Made by a program: the position numbers and the translations under genes
In this document: positions 46,501-58,216 of the stretch, piece by piece
Layout: each line of letters starts with the position of its first letter
Position numbering within the stretch: position 1 is the first letter of the stretch
Assembly: GCA_000934665.2 (NCBI GenBank)
Contig: KZ538393.1
Location: 1-64,000 of the forward strand
From: Catajapyx aquilonaris
Taxonomy: Eukaryota
Length of the DNA: 64,000 bases
Reading direction: 5' to 3'
Notes under the pieces: generated by a model
Databases searched by the model: none
The model's input: only the letters and a program-made list of their open reading frames with translations
Told to the model about the DNA's origin: nothing

Positions 46501-47943
46501 AATCCGAAACCGCCCCAATGGGAGCCACACTTCCCAGGTGGGAACCCGCGGTCTGCTAATGGTAATTCGACTGTTTGCTCCTCTATCTCTTCACTGTCTT
46601 TCTACTTTCCACTCTCTTGGCTGTTGTGTAGCCGCAAGGACGGTTCAGAAATGGAGGTCTTCTAGTTTGTCACTGTCAAAGTGTGTACTTTGGACTGGGG
46701 CATAGCAGGAGAGGCCTTGGTTTTCTAGCCCACCTTGTACTTGCGCACCTTTGCCTCGTTAGTTTTCTGACCTTCCCTGCACCACAAAATTGATGTCACT
46801 GGAAACATTTCATGCTCATACTTCATCTTCACATGTAGGTCCACAAGTCATACCATTGTCATGCATGATTGCATGTGATCCACCCAGAGCATACGAAGGC
46901 ACTTGAGGGGCCATTGAAGAAAGGGTACATGCATCACATTTTTATCGTAGCATTGTGAGATGCTCACTTGCATGTGAAATATTGCTGTTAAAATATTAAT
47001 TGATGTTGATCATAATTTATTGTTTCAATGGAAATATTGAAGTTTTAACATGTCAGTTACATATGAGATATGATTTACTTCAGGATAATGTGATAAACGT
47101 TTATAGCTCTGTTGAGTAACTACATGATATTTTAGCCATTATCACTGGGCAATTCCACGAAAGGCGGCCATATTGTCCGTACGTAACGCAGGTTTTGCAG
47201 ACATGTACTAGCGTATTTTATTGTAACAATACCCACACATTACATGAAATGGATTAAGCATGCAGTGCATGCATCCTGGCATTGTTATAATAAAATACTC
47301 TTGTGCACGTAGGCAACACTTGCGTTACGTACGGACGGCTGCGCCATGGAATTGCCCCACTTTAATATGAAGTCCCCACCAGAATTTATCCAGCCATAAC
47401 GTATGTCAATGCAGTAGCCGTAAGTTTGTATACTGTACCTCATTGCAAAAAAACTCTGGGATCACCACCAACCAGTTAGATTCCTGTACCATGTCACGAC
47501 ACACGCTTTTCTTGCTGTCTCGGAGCACTGCACATGGTGCCTTGCTATTGAGACACTTCTGCCAGAGGGAAAAGAAAACAAGCCTTTCTAAATCTTCCTC
47601 CCATGCTCTGCCTCACGTTTTGCAGAGTCACCCCTGCCTTCACCCATGAAGTCGCCGCTCCCAACGCCTGTCAAGCAGACGCCTAGTTGCCAGGCTCTCT
47701 ATGACTTTGAGCCAGAGAACCCAGGGGAGCTAGGATTCAAAGTAAGTGGTCTCCTAGTCATGCAGGCATAAAGAATAAACTGAAAAGTGAGACTTCTTCA
47801 TTTCCCTCCTTTTTTGTTCACAGGAGAGCGACACTATCACCCTTGTGAGTCGTGTAGATGAAAACTGGTTTGAGGGCACGGTAGATGGGCGCACTGGCTA
47901 CTTCCCAGTCAGCTACGTCCACATCACAGTTCCGCTGCCCTAA
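34562..47943 (+). CDS. EndoA: Endophilin A (N-BAR + SH3), ~400 aa core isoform; exons 34562-34606, 38552-38620, 39000-39213, 41659-41792, 42213-42279, 44769-44869, 44965-45068, 45766-45899, 46463-46561, 47626-47741, 47824-47943
   Basis: Spliced translation [33 protein letters not shown]...[25 protein letters not shown]...[22 protein letters not shown]...[55 protein letters not shown]. All introns GT-AG; 1203 nt in frame. Linker exons 8-9 less certain. Confidence 0.95.
36401..36671. other. Assembly gap (271 N) within EndoA intron 1
   Basis: Run of n flanked by poly-G and poly-T homopolymers. Confidence 0.99.
42609..42617 (+). CDS. EndoA: Candidate 9-nt EndoA microexon (adds Ala-Gly-His)
   Basis: Long pyrimidine tract 42542-42596, then CACAG|CCGGACATG|GTAAGG; phase 1-1, matching flanking exons 5 and 6. 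Confidence 0.6.
43344..43400 (+). CDS. EndoA: Candidate 57-nt EndoA cassette exon ([19 protein letters not shown]); alternative acceptor at 43358 would give 42 nt
   Basis: GC-rich island in an AT-rich intron; AAG|CTGCA...ATGG|GTATGT; phase 1-1; no stop; flanked by TGCATG motifs. Confidence 0.55.
47147..47357. mobile_element. MITE (211 bp) with long imperfect terminal inverted repeats and 4-bp TSD, in EndoA intron 9
   Basis: Termini GGGCAATTCCA...TGGAATTGCCC; internal inverted matches GTCCGTACGTAACGCA/TGCGTTACGTACGGAC and GTATTTTATT/AATAAAATAC; CACT duplicated at 47143-47146 and 47358-47361. Confidence 0.85.
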
Positions 47944-50900
47944 GAAGGTCGGCTGTTCCTTTTCCTCTTCCTGCCCCTCCCACCCAAAACCCAAACCCCT
48001 TACTGACTCCCTGTCCCTTTCCATTAAATTCCGGTGTCCTTCCCTTCCTCCGATTGCATTTCCTTCATAATTCTCTCCAAATGAACCTAATATGAATGTG
48101 AAGGCTTCAGTTTTGCCTCAACCTTCCCAAACCGCAGTTCTGTGTGTACAAATAATTTCAGATTTCAATAGCTGTTTTCATTAATTTGTTCTGTATATAT
48201 TAGTCAGCTACCCTCATTTTCTCTTCATTATTTTTGCTTGTGTCGATAACACAGAGCTCTATGATGTTAGTGATTTATTACTGTTGTTAATATAATTATT
48301 ATTATTATAAATATTTTTTGGTGTACAGATGTACAAATTCATTTAAGTCAACTTCCGTTTTATGTAATGACTTTTGTCCTTACGAGAATACCTTGAAAAA
48401 TGAGAATTATACAGGGTGTCTTGTGAGTCCTTTTCCAAATGTGAAGGAGTTTTGCATGGTATACATGGTTGTTACACTGCCAGGGGAAGCAAAGGCCCCT
48501 GCTGAAGCCGCAATAATGTCGGATCATGCAGATTTTTCGCATATGACTGAGGACTCGAGCTGCACCCTACACTCTCGTGCATATGGCTGTCAATTCTGGT
48601 AGAAAAAGGGACTACGTAGTTAAGTAGACCTACATATGAAACTTTGATGGTTAAAAATAATGAGCATGAAAGCACAGTATACAATATAAACCTCCCATGT
48701 AAGAAAAAAAAAAAGCAGGAAACAATATGATACATCACATACTTCTGTAAGTATTAATTGCCACATGATATTAAATGACTTGATTAACTGAACTTTTCAA
48801 CATAGGGATGGTACTTTGTGACTGCAATTTTAAAACACGTCGATTTCGGTGCCTTTCGTGTAGCGAAGAGGAATGTTGCTTTTGTAACTTATTTTAATGT
48901 ATGCTCTAAAAAAACAGGCAACAGTGCCAAATATTTCTCAGTCTCTCTTTTTTTCTCTAATTATTGCAAGGCCATACTTAGGTAGGGTTGCACATATTAA
49001 ACAGTCAATTAGTGATACTTCACAAAGGACATAACTTTTATGATCTCAACCTTTTCAGCTAACTTGTGTTAAAAGTGAGCCATGGATGTGAGGTGTATAT
49101 CAACTTTCTCAAACATAATCAACAGGCCATAAAAGGAGTTATGTCATACAGTATTAAGATGTTGAGTATTTTAAATCGCTGCTGATGTGTTGGCGACATG
49201 AGTTTCACATTGAATTTAAGTCGGGAGGGACAGCACAAGAAAACGAGTCATGGTACAAGAACATTGCAATAAATCTGGATTCAAATCAAGTAGACAGAAT
49301 ACGTGCTCAAGGCATGCATTCAAAGTACCATCCCTAGCGCGAGAGAGCCAATGCTGCTTTTGGACTCCCATCATGTAGTCTTATGAAACGGGAGGCTAAA
49401 ATGATACCATCTAAACTAGAAACGTATACAGTGGATTAATACTTCTACCCATTGCCGCTGTCTCAAAGGGAAGTCTTGCGTGATCCAGCGCAACATACAG
49501 CTCCGCAACCATTCCCAAAAAAAAAACCCAGGCAAGGCTGCCCTTTGGGAGCTCGTAATGGGCCCAGAAGTTCTTAGTACTTCTAAGGCATTGACAATAT
49601 TATTGCTCCTCATGTTAAACAAGGTGGAGTAGCTGGAAACTCAGCAACTTGAGAAACTGCGTTTCCAGCAAAGAATGGAAATGTGAGGATAGTCCTTTTT
49701 AAGACGGTTTAAACTTTTAATTTAACCACTTGCATGAAGTGACGAATTGACTGCTGCCTATAATCTTAGACCCAACAATAGCTAATTACTGGCAGCTTTG
49801 GTGGAAGTATATAGAATTCATTCCCTGGTCAAGTGCTGGCAGTACTTGAGAGTTTCCAGCTGCTGCTTTGATTGTTCACCTCGAGAATATTTTGAAGGTG
49901 CTTTGCACGCACTTTCCTTTCAAAATGTAACGCGTGCAAGGGAGTGCATGTGGGAACAAAATGAGAGAAAAAGGGGTGAATTTTTTTTGCTGCAAGTACT
50001 GTAAGAGGCACAAGACAAATGGGGGGAAAAAAAGAGTCTGGTCAGTGAGAAGTGAGGGATCATTGCCATTTTTAAAATAATAATAAAAAAAATCAACACT
50101 GCCAGGAATTTTAAAAACTTGCAAACCTCAGTTGTGTTGATTGGGTCTTCAGTTCCGTGCTTCTCTCCAAGTGATTTTCTCGTGGGCTATGTGGACAAGG
50201 ACAAAAATCACTGCTTTGTGACCTGGATTCGAGATCTAAAAGCAATACGACGTGATGGTTGACATCACGGAGATTGATTACATTAAAGAAGAAATGTTTT
50301 TTCACTGTGATACACATGATGTGGAGGAAGAGTCGCTTAGGCAGACATACGCCAGACATTTATCATTTGCCAGTCTACATTATACAGGAACCATCCCCTC
50401 CCCAACCATCTCTTACTCTCTACATCCTGTGAGCAATGGGACTCTTGACAGCTACTTGTTGGAGGGAACAGGGCTCTTAACCCCTTTCAGGAACATGCCG
50501 AATTTGGAAGCATACATTGCAGATGAGCAATGGGTCGAATAAACTAATGTCTTCTAGCACTAAAATTTTACGTAGCAATCTTCTTCCCATTTGTCAGTCA
50601 ACAATAATGGTGTGACCTGCTGTCAGTTTCAAAATTGATACCTTTTCCGACAGACACGGTTTGCCTGTAGAAGTCGCATTAACGCATGTCCATAGCACTC
50701 AGGTCACATGCCATGGAGTGTGTAGAGCACACGTAACTTTTAGAAGGGGAAAGAACCATTTAAAATGAGAGACCCTCTTGGAATCTGAGGTAAAGAAGTG
50801 GAATAAATAAATTGTCCCGAAGGAGTCAGAGGCATAAGGAAAACCTGCACTTCTCATGCTGATCAGTAAACAAAGTAGGTATGCCGGAACTTTGCAAAGT

Positions 50901-53900
50901 ACGGGTGTTTCAGGTCGTATTCTCAGTGACCTCAGAGGGAGGAGATGAGAGGAATTTTAGTGTTTTCTTTTTTTGGGAAAAAAAGAGTGATTTTAAAAAA
51001 TGAAACAACTCACAGCACAGTGGGAGGTCTAACAATATTAACATAGGTGACCTCCCCATGATGAAATATTTGAAGAAGAAAAATATTGCAAAAGAAAACA
51101 CGGACTGGGAAATGCTCCTGAGAGAGGTGCCTGAGCAAATGCGAGATAAACTTTTAAAAGGTTTAAAAATATATAATAATAAATAATAATAATAATAATA
51201 ATAACCACAAGAGTTGTTCCACCCTGCAGACAATACTCGTGTTCCAAAAGTATTTTTAAAGTGAGAATAGACTTATTTTCTAGGCTTGTTAAGTTTTTAA
51301 GGGGAAATATCACAAGGTTTTGTACACAAAGTAGGAAGAGCTATGGTTTGATTTCCGTAATTTTAATCTGCCTTAATTTGTATAATGTACACACCCGCGT
51401 GCCTAATAATCTCGCCCATTCGTGAATTTCAAAAGAAAAAAAAATGAGTCCAAAAAAAATGTCAAATATAATATTGGTTCGTTACGCAGAACGAACTGTG
51501 ATCTTTCCCTTTAAATTTACGGATTATACTCACGTAATGTTTAACTGATGGGAGTGATGAATGTCTCGTGGGTGATGTTGAAAATACATGGGGATGCCAA
51601 TTAATATTGGGCTAATTAAAATTAATTGGAATAGTGACTGGGATGGACGGGAAGGCAATTGTTACATAAAAAAAAGAGCATCTGGTTAATTTTATCTCTG
51701 GTTATTTCTTCCAAAATTGAAGGATCTGAGGCTGTCTTGTGAAATGTTAACTGGCATCCCTGACCAAATAATTCTTATTGGTGGGTCTCGTTCTGACTAT
51801 AAATGGAAAAAAAAAGAGAACGACTTAAACGTTGCTGTTGCATTTAAATATAATATATATATTAGCTTTATGATACGACCGTGCATGTTAACTCTTTTCT
51901 GCAGCTCTCAGACTCGTGAATCTGTTGTCCATTAATGGAAAATAATGCTGGTAATAAGGATGAAAAAAAAATCATTCGTACTTCCGCCATCATAAAACAC
52001 AATAAATAAACCAAAAAACAAACAAATGGCAGGAAAACCTTCCCAAACAAACAAACTTAAAAAAAGAGTTCAAGTGAATGTCTCAATGTAATCACTGGTG
52101 GAAAAGTTGTCGATTCCATCTACATTCTCGATATGATTGTCACTTAATTTTTTTAAAAAAATTTTTCGTTCATTTCATGTAGTGGCGTGAAAATGGCTTT
52201 TTGCGCCAGTGTCATGTTTGGTGGGTGAAAAAAAATACATATGTAAGAACATATCCAGCGGAAAAGAAACGTGTGACAAGAAGTCCTGATGGGTTGTGTT
52301 TCCAGAAAGCTGGCCCAATTTTATTTGTTTTCAAACAGTGTCATTTAAAAAGGTAAACATCGTTGGAAAAGATATGGTGTAATGTCACTCGGTTTTTAGG
52401 AGTACAACTAATTATTCAAACGTGGCGTAAATATTTAAACATTTTTTTTTCTCTCTGAATAAGAGGCAATAAGGAGTCTCGTCGAGTTGGGAAACATGTA
52501 TTTGACCAATGGTCACTGGTCCACACTATGACAAAACTATTATAATAATAGAAAAGGAGATCGCAATATATCAAAGTGTGTACACCCAACATGTTGCCTC
52601 CTGAATTCAAGTCCATCCGCAAAATAAAACAGCAGGATTTTAAAAAGAGATATATACGCATGAAGGAGGTGTTAAGTGTGTTGATGGTTAAAAAGTGCTT
52701 GGTTCGAAGCCTCCGCTCCATGGTCGTTTTCTTGTCCATTGTCCACTCTGGAAAAAAAAAAAAGATATATAAAAAAGTCTGTTGTTCAATACAAGTCATC
52801 CCGAAACAGAGATGAAGTGGTTGTGATTTATTGGGCGGGAACAAACCGACACTTTTTTGTGCCCGGTTTTGTTATCGCCCACTGTGGATACACCTAACCC
52901 AATCCGTACACATGTGGTATATCCTTCTCTCGAGATGGAGACTGCACCATTTAGAAATTCCAAGGTAATCTGGTGTCAACCAGCAGAATCCCTGCTGTGT
53001 TTGTTTGGATGCCGCCCAATTAGTTTCTGGAATGGGCGTCGTCGAGGGATCGCCGTCGGTCTTGGAGGGAAAAAGTCGTGAAAAGTTCCATTGAGGGCGT
53101 CGTAAAAGGGAGAGCGCCGGACGTCCCTTTTTTTCTCCACGATTTGGATTCCCCTTTTTTTCCAGACCAGGCCACAGGAATCGAGCTGCTGCCATCATTT
53201 CCTATATATAGGCAAACTGAACTCGGCTTGTTCCTGGCCGGCGGTCGGGGATTTATGGCCTGAGTTCTCGCTTCCTCAGACCGCTCTGATTGGCTGGTGA
53301 TGCACCTTCCACTGCTGCTGGACGGGTACGTTTCGTCTCGGGTCATGGGGCACACGAAATAACTAACTTTTTCACTAGCCAGAGACGAGGGAAATAAGTA
53401 CACGAACTTGCTCAGATGGTTCGTAAGTAGTGTTGAAGTCAATAGAAGTCTGTTTATATGTTGCAAAGATATGACGGGCATTAAATGTATGAGTCGCCAG
53501 ATTGCAGCAATCATTATTCATCGGATGTTTGTCCGACCTGACAGTATCGCTATCTGTCGCACGACCTGATGGTGGCAGGAGTGTGCAGAGGGAGTATGCG
53601 CCATCTATGCGTGAAGAATAGTAGGCTGATTACATGGTAAATCGATGGGCCATCTCATTAAAGTTTGATTGTCACTGCCATACTGATTATCGCTCTTGCC
53701 AAATTTTGGCAACGGGTTCAATAGTATGAAGATATTGGGCAACTGGGTCCCGAGTAAACACTGATAATAAGGGGAAGTTTTCTCTCTTCTTCAGTGTTTA
53801 CAGGGTGTTTCATAATTCATTCGACACACTTGCAATCACAGCCCTGCGGCGAATCATGTCCAAGGTGAGGATTCATTTTTTAATAACAAAAATGTGACTT

Positions 53901-56900
53901 ATAGGGCCTACATAAAATGTGTTCCAATTGTAACGAAAATGACATTAATGTGTCATCTAAAGCATGCAATTGTAGCCCATAGTTTCAATACGTTTTCGAA
54001 ATGTTGTGAAAAATCAATTTGGAACTGCCATTATAGTGGTCTGTACTCAGCCCACTATGTCCAAGCGTGCTGAGCGGGTTATCTTACCTGGTCAGTTGCA
54101 TGTCCTCTAACCACACTTTAATTAGAGCTAACTTGACCGCGGTTGCATCACTGCGATGTAATTTTCCTAACCCCCCTCGCACCCTCCCATTGTCCGTAGG
54201 ATTTAAACGAGCGGATGGGCCAGAATCCGGGTTGAGCTCACTCCATCAGCAAAGTGGTTTACTACCTTTTTCGGCCTGCGGTTGCTGGCATAGGACAATC
54301 TCCCCCCCTCTTGCATAAACAACCCAAGATTGATTTTACTTAAACCTCTTTTTTTTTGCTTTTCTTTCCCCCCCTTCTAGTTCAGGCAGAGGGAGACAGA
54401 GCGTGGAAAATATACCGTCGGACGGCCGTCGCAAAATTGCCCCTCCCTTATTTCACTCTGTCTTGTATCCCAATGACTTCACGCAACAGGCTTCGAATCG
54501 AAAGCATTAAACTTTGATTGTCGCACGTAAACTTTTTCGCTTTTCTGAACCGGGGGGGTATTGGGGGTGGGGGNNNNNNNNNNGGGGGGGGGGTGCAAGC
54601 CAAGGGTAGAGTCAATAAAGCAAGCGAGGGGCACAGGCCGCGGCCCCACTTGACACGCTCCCTGCCCACGGACCTTAATTGGAAAGAATCCCTCAGCGGA
54701 TTGGGTAAGTAAGGCTTGAAGCAGCTTGTAATTATGTGGTTGGGACAAGAGGGTTACCCCCTCCCTTTCCTTCACCCCCTTCCCCGTCCCTTCTGAGCTT
54801 TGTCTCTAACTCAGCTGTATGGAGCACCTCTGTGCTGCTTTTCTTACGGGGGGTCCAAATCGGACTCTGAATTGATTTTAGCACTCGGTTGTTCAAACAA
54901 CGTTTTTGCCGTCTTTGGGCTGTCATATACACACAACACGATAAGGAATCTGTCATAAAATGTGCAGAGGGACACCAACAGAGAAGCTCCCACGACCTCT
55001 GAAGATGGTCATCTGTATATGTTGTGCAGGGGGATCAAAATTTGACCGCGTCTGGTGGAAAGATCACAATCGCTAATCCGATCCCCCCCTCTCTTAAAAA
55101 GGGGGAGTCCCCTGGATGATCTCACTGATCATCACTGAAAAGCAGAGCGATATATTTTTTGGCTGGCCGGACCATTATGTCATAAGCGATCTGTATACTG
55201 CTCAATTAAGACCAGCGGGAGTTGGGGGGTGCGCCTCACTCTTTTTGTGATGGAAGTGTGCGCACCATATGTCACTTCTCCGCACCGTGACAATGACTGT
55301 GAGGGAGAGGGAGTGATCATTACACCACCCTTCCTTCCTTATTCTTTTCGACCCAGAAAAATCCCGCCCATTTTGGCCCGTTACGCAACGGGGGTCCATT
55401 TTTTCCATTGTTGCGGAAATAGGCGATTATGGTAGTTTTCATCAGACTCGGCGACGAAAATGGTTGTAACATGGTAATCGAATCATTGACCAGCCTTTGC
55501 CCGGCTTTTCTGACAGTCCGGTAATAATGATATGGTGCACTGTGTACACTATGATGCTGTCCCTATACACGATTGTGAACATTGTACTCGTGTATCAGGG
55601 GGAGGAAAGGGCCTGGGTTGCATATGCCGCCATGAATTTCCAAATCATCAATCAAGCTATGTTCATGTGCACAAACACGTGCACAGTTTATGTTGTTCCC
55701 AATAATTCTTAACTTATATGCAGCAGGGTGATCCAACTGGTTTTTTTTGTATCACCGTGTATGCGCAGAGTGATAAATTTGTCGCCATCCGAGTTATCGG
55801 CCGATTATCGATAAATTTGGCATGTTCTCAGTTGGCTCCTCCAATAAATTAAACCAAACCGAAACCAACCATCCGGATCTTTTGTTAATTTTTTTTTCTG
55901 GGTACATGCATAGTGCGCACAATGCTTCTATCGGCAATTAATATTTCCCAGTCCGTAAATCGTATTTTTCTCGATTGAAGGGGTCCTTGCCATAATGACT
56001 GGAACAGCGCGGATTAACTGTGATCGAATAATAATCCCAGGCGTGCAGTTTATTAGTCTGGCGCTTCCCAAATCTCTCACTGCGAGACTCGCGGGAGGGA
56101 AGGTCCATCCATCGCACATGAGCGATCCCAAATCAAATGAATTCGCAATACACCAGAGAGGGAACGCCGCCCAAATAATAAATAGTAATATCCTAATATG
56201 CAAGTTTTCACTTGTGACTGAACCAAGCGCAAAACCTAGTTACATTCACCACCCCTCCCCAGCACAGCTGTATATGTATGTATGTATGCAAAAAATATAT
56301 ATATTGGGGGAATAGAATTTCTAATTGGTATAGAGGGGGGGAGGAAAATATTTCCAGGAAGTGGGAGGTGGTTGGTAGTCCAAATCAATTTTCTGCGCAA
56401 GTGGACCAAGTGGCATAGGGGGGGAGATGGGGAATATTTTGTGGCGAAATGTTTGCCAACAGCGTGTGCGCAGGGTAAGCAGTTGAAGAGGCCGCGCCCT
56501 GGATGGGATTGGACGGAGAGAGCCGTGGGGGGAACTATTGGTTGCCGCCCATCTCCATGGGGCCCCCTCTCCTCCTGTTGCCTTTGCCTCCGAAGCTTAT
56601 GCTTTTCCACAAAACACACCTACACACCTGATAAACACACACACACGCACGCTGGGAATGTGGATGGAAGAATCGCATCAAGGTGGGCCCGAAGAAGCGG
56701 TCATCTCTGAGGCCTCTGCTGCTGCCTGAAGTTGCTGGTGAGTACTCAGACTGCAGTCAATGGGGAAAAGCACGTGAGCAAAGTGGAAGATCCAAGGCAC
56801 CATTGTTGTCTCAACAACACTTCAAACTAACAGTCTGAAACATCTTTATCATTATCGTCAGTTTAGATCTTGAATAGGAGCAAGTAGGACCACTTGCAGA

Positions 56901-58169
56901 AATTAATATTGTAGTCAATAATGCTGATGGCTTCTGGAAGTGACCAGAACTACCTTCAGTAGAAGTACTAAAAACTTGCCCATATAGTGCTTCTAACTTG
57001 CAAGTCTCTAAGCTGATGGTTACAAGATGTTGACCATGGCAGGTGTAGAAAACGTCTTATCACCCGACCAGTATGGATGCTTGTTATGAACTTGTGCAAA
57101 ACAAGCAAAATTCAATCTGAAAATGTCACTGATACATTTGATATTGTTGACAAAAATTAACTTTTCACTATTCAAATCATGGACCGGTTGCGCTGATGTC
57201 GGACCGGATTGCACGTAAAATGTCGTGAGCAATGCAAAATACTGGAGGTAACTCTTATAGGTCTGCTCGTTATACAACATCTCCGCAGCTGGAAAATAGC
57301 GAGAAAAGTTTGTTATTGTTGAAAACGCAACTTCATTATTCCCTTATGGATTTTGAGGGTAGGAGAACACCGAGAAAACCGGCGCAAATATGTAGAGAAC
57401 TAATTGAAAATATTTCAGGCCTCAGAGGTGCCCAAGCCCTTTTCATTGGCAACATTAATATCAGGGCATGTTTCATTGTTTGTGATTGAGAAAAGGCCTT
57501 TCTGACCGTGCAAAAAGTCAGGGAGGAAAATAACACATTGTTAATTATCGCGGACTCGGTAAGATGACACCCAGTTGGGGAATGAAAAAAATCGAAATGC
57601 GAAGGGGGGAATGAATTGATTTGATCAGGAAAGTAATTAGGGGGAAGTGAGCTGCAAGTGGGGCAGTTGGCAAGGTTTGGGGGGGTGTGAGTATATACTG
57701 AGTGTATGTGGGGAGACAGAGTGCAAACACCCGAAATCCCTAAAGGCCCATGGCGACACGTCCGACCCGAGCCGGAGCCGACGAGGGTCGGGGGGGTATA
57801 GTTGAAAGAGGGGGGAAAAAAGAGATCCCTTTCCACACAATACGGTCAGGACACGTCCCTGGGATCACTTTCGCCATATAATTATACAGTCTGTCTATTT
57901 GACCTGTCAAACTGTTGCAGCACACGGAGTCTGATTTCCTAGCTGATATACGACCAACTTATATATACGTATAGCAGGAGAAAACTATAGGAGGAAGATT
58001 CAGCACTGAATGATGTAACAGTGAATATTATTTTGGAGGTTACGCAACGTTGAAAATCTAAGCCTATTATACGTAAAAAAAGATTACATTACGTCAAATG
58101 CAAAACGATCATTGTCATATTTTAGTCACAATTGTGTTACGTAAAGAGTCCTTCACGCTTATATACTTT

Positions 58170-58216
58170 CTGAGAGTCTGGACATTTTAATGGCATTAAA
58201 ATGTCCAGACTCTCAG
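58170..58216. repeat. Perfect inverted repeat: 23-bp arms with 1-nt spacer
   Basis: CTGAGAGTCTGGACATTTTAATG-G-CATTAAAATGTCCAGACTCTCAG read directly. Confidence 0.95.

Noticed and set aside
47941..47960. Stop-codon readthrough of EndoA
   Set aside because: The stop is TAA-G, a low-readthrough context, and the downstream sequence is pyrimidine-rich UTR-like.
55765..55830. DRE (TATCGATA at 55806-55813) as a promoter element
   Set aside because: Not near an identified gene start, and embedded in a GATA/TATC-rich quasi-palindromic patch resembling a repeat fragment (similar flavour at ~30970-31060).
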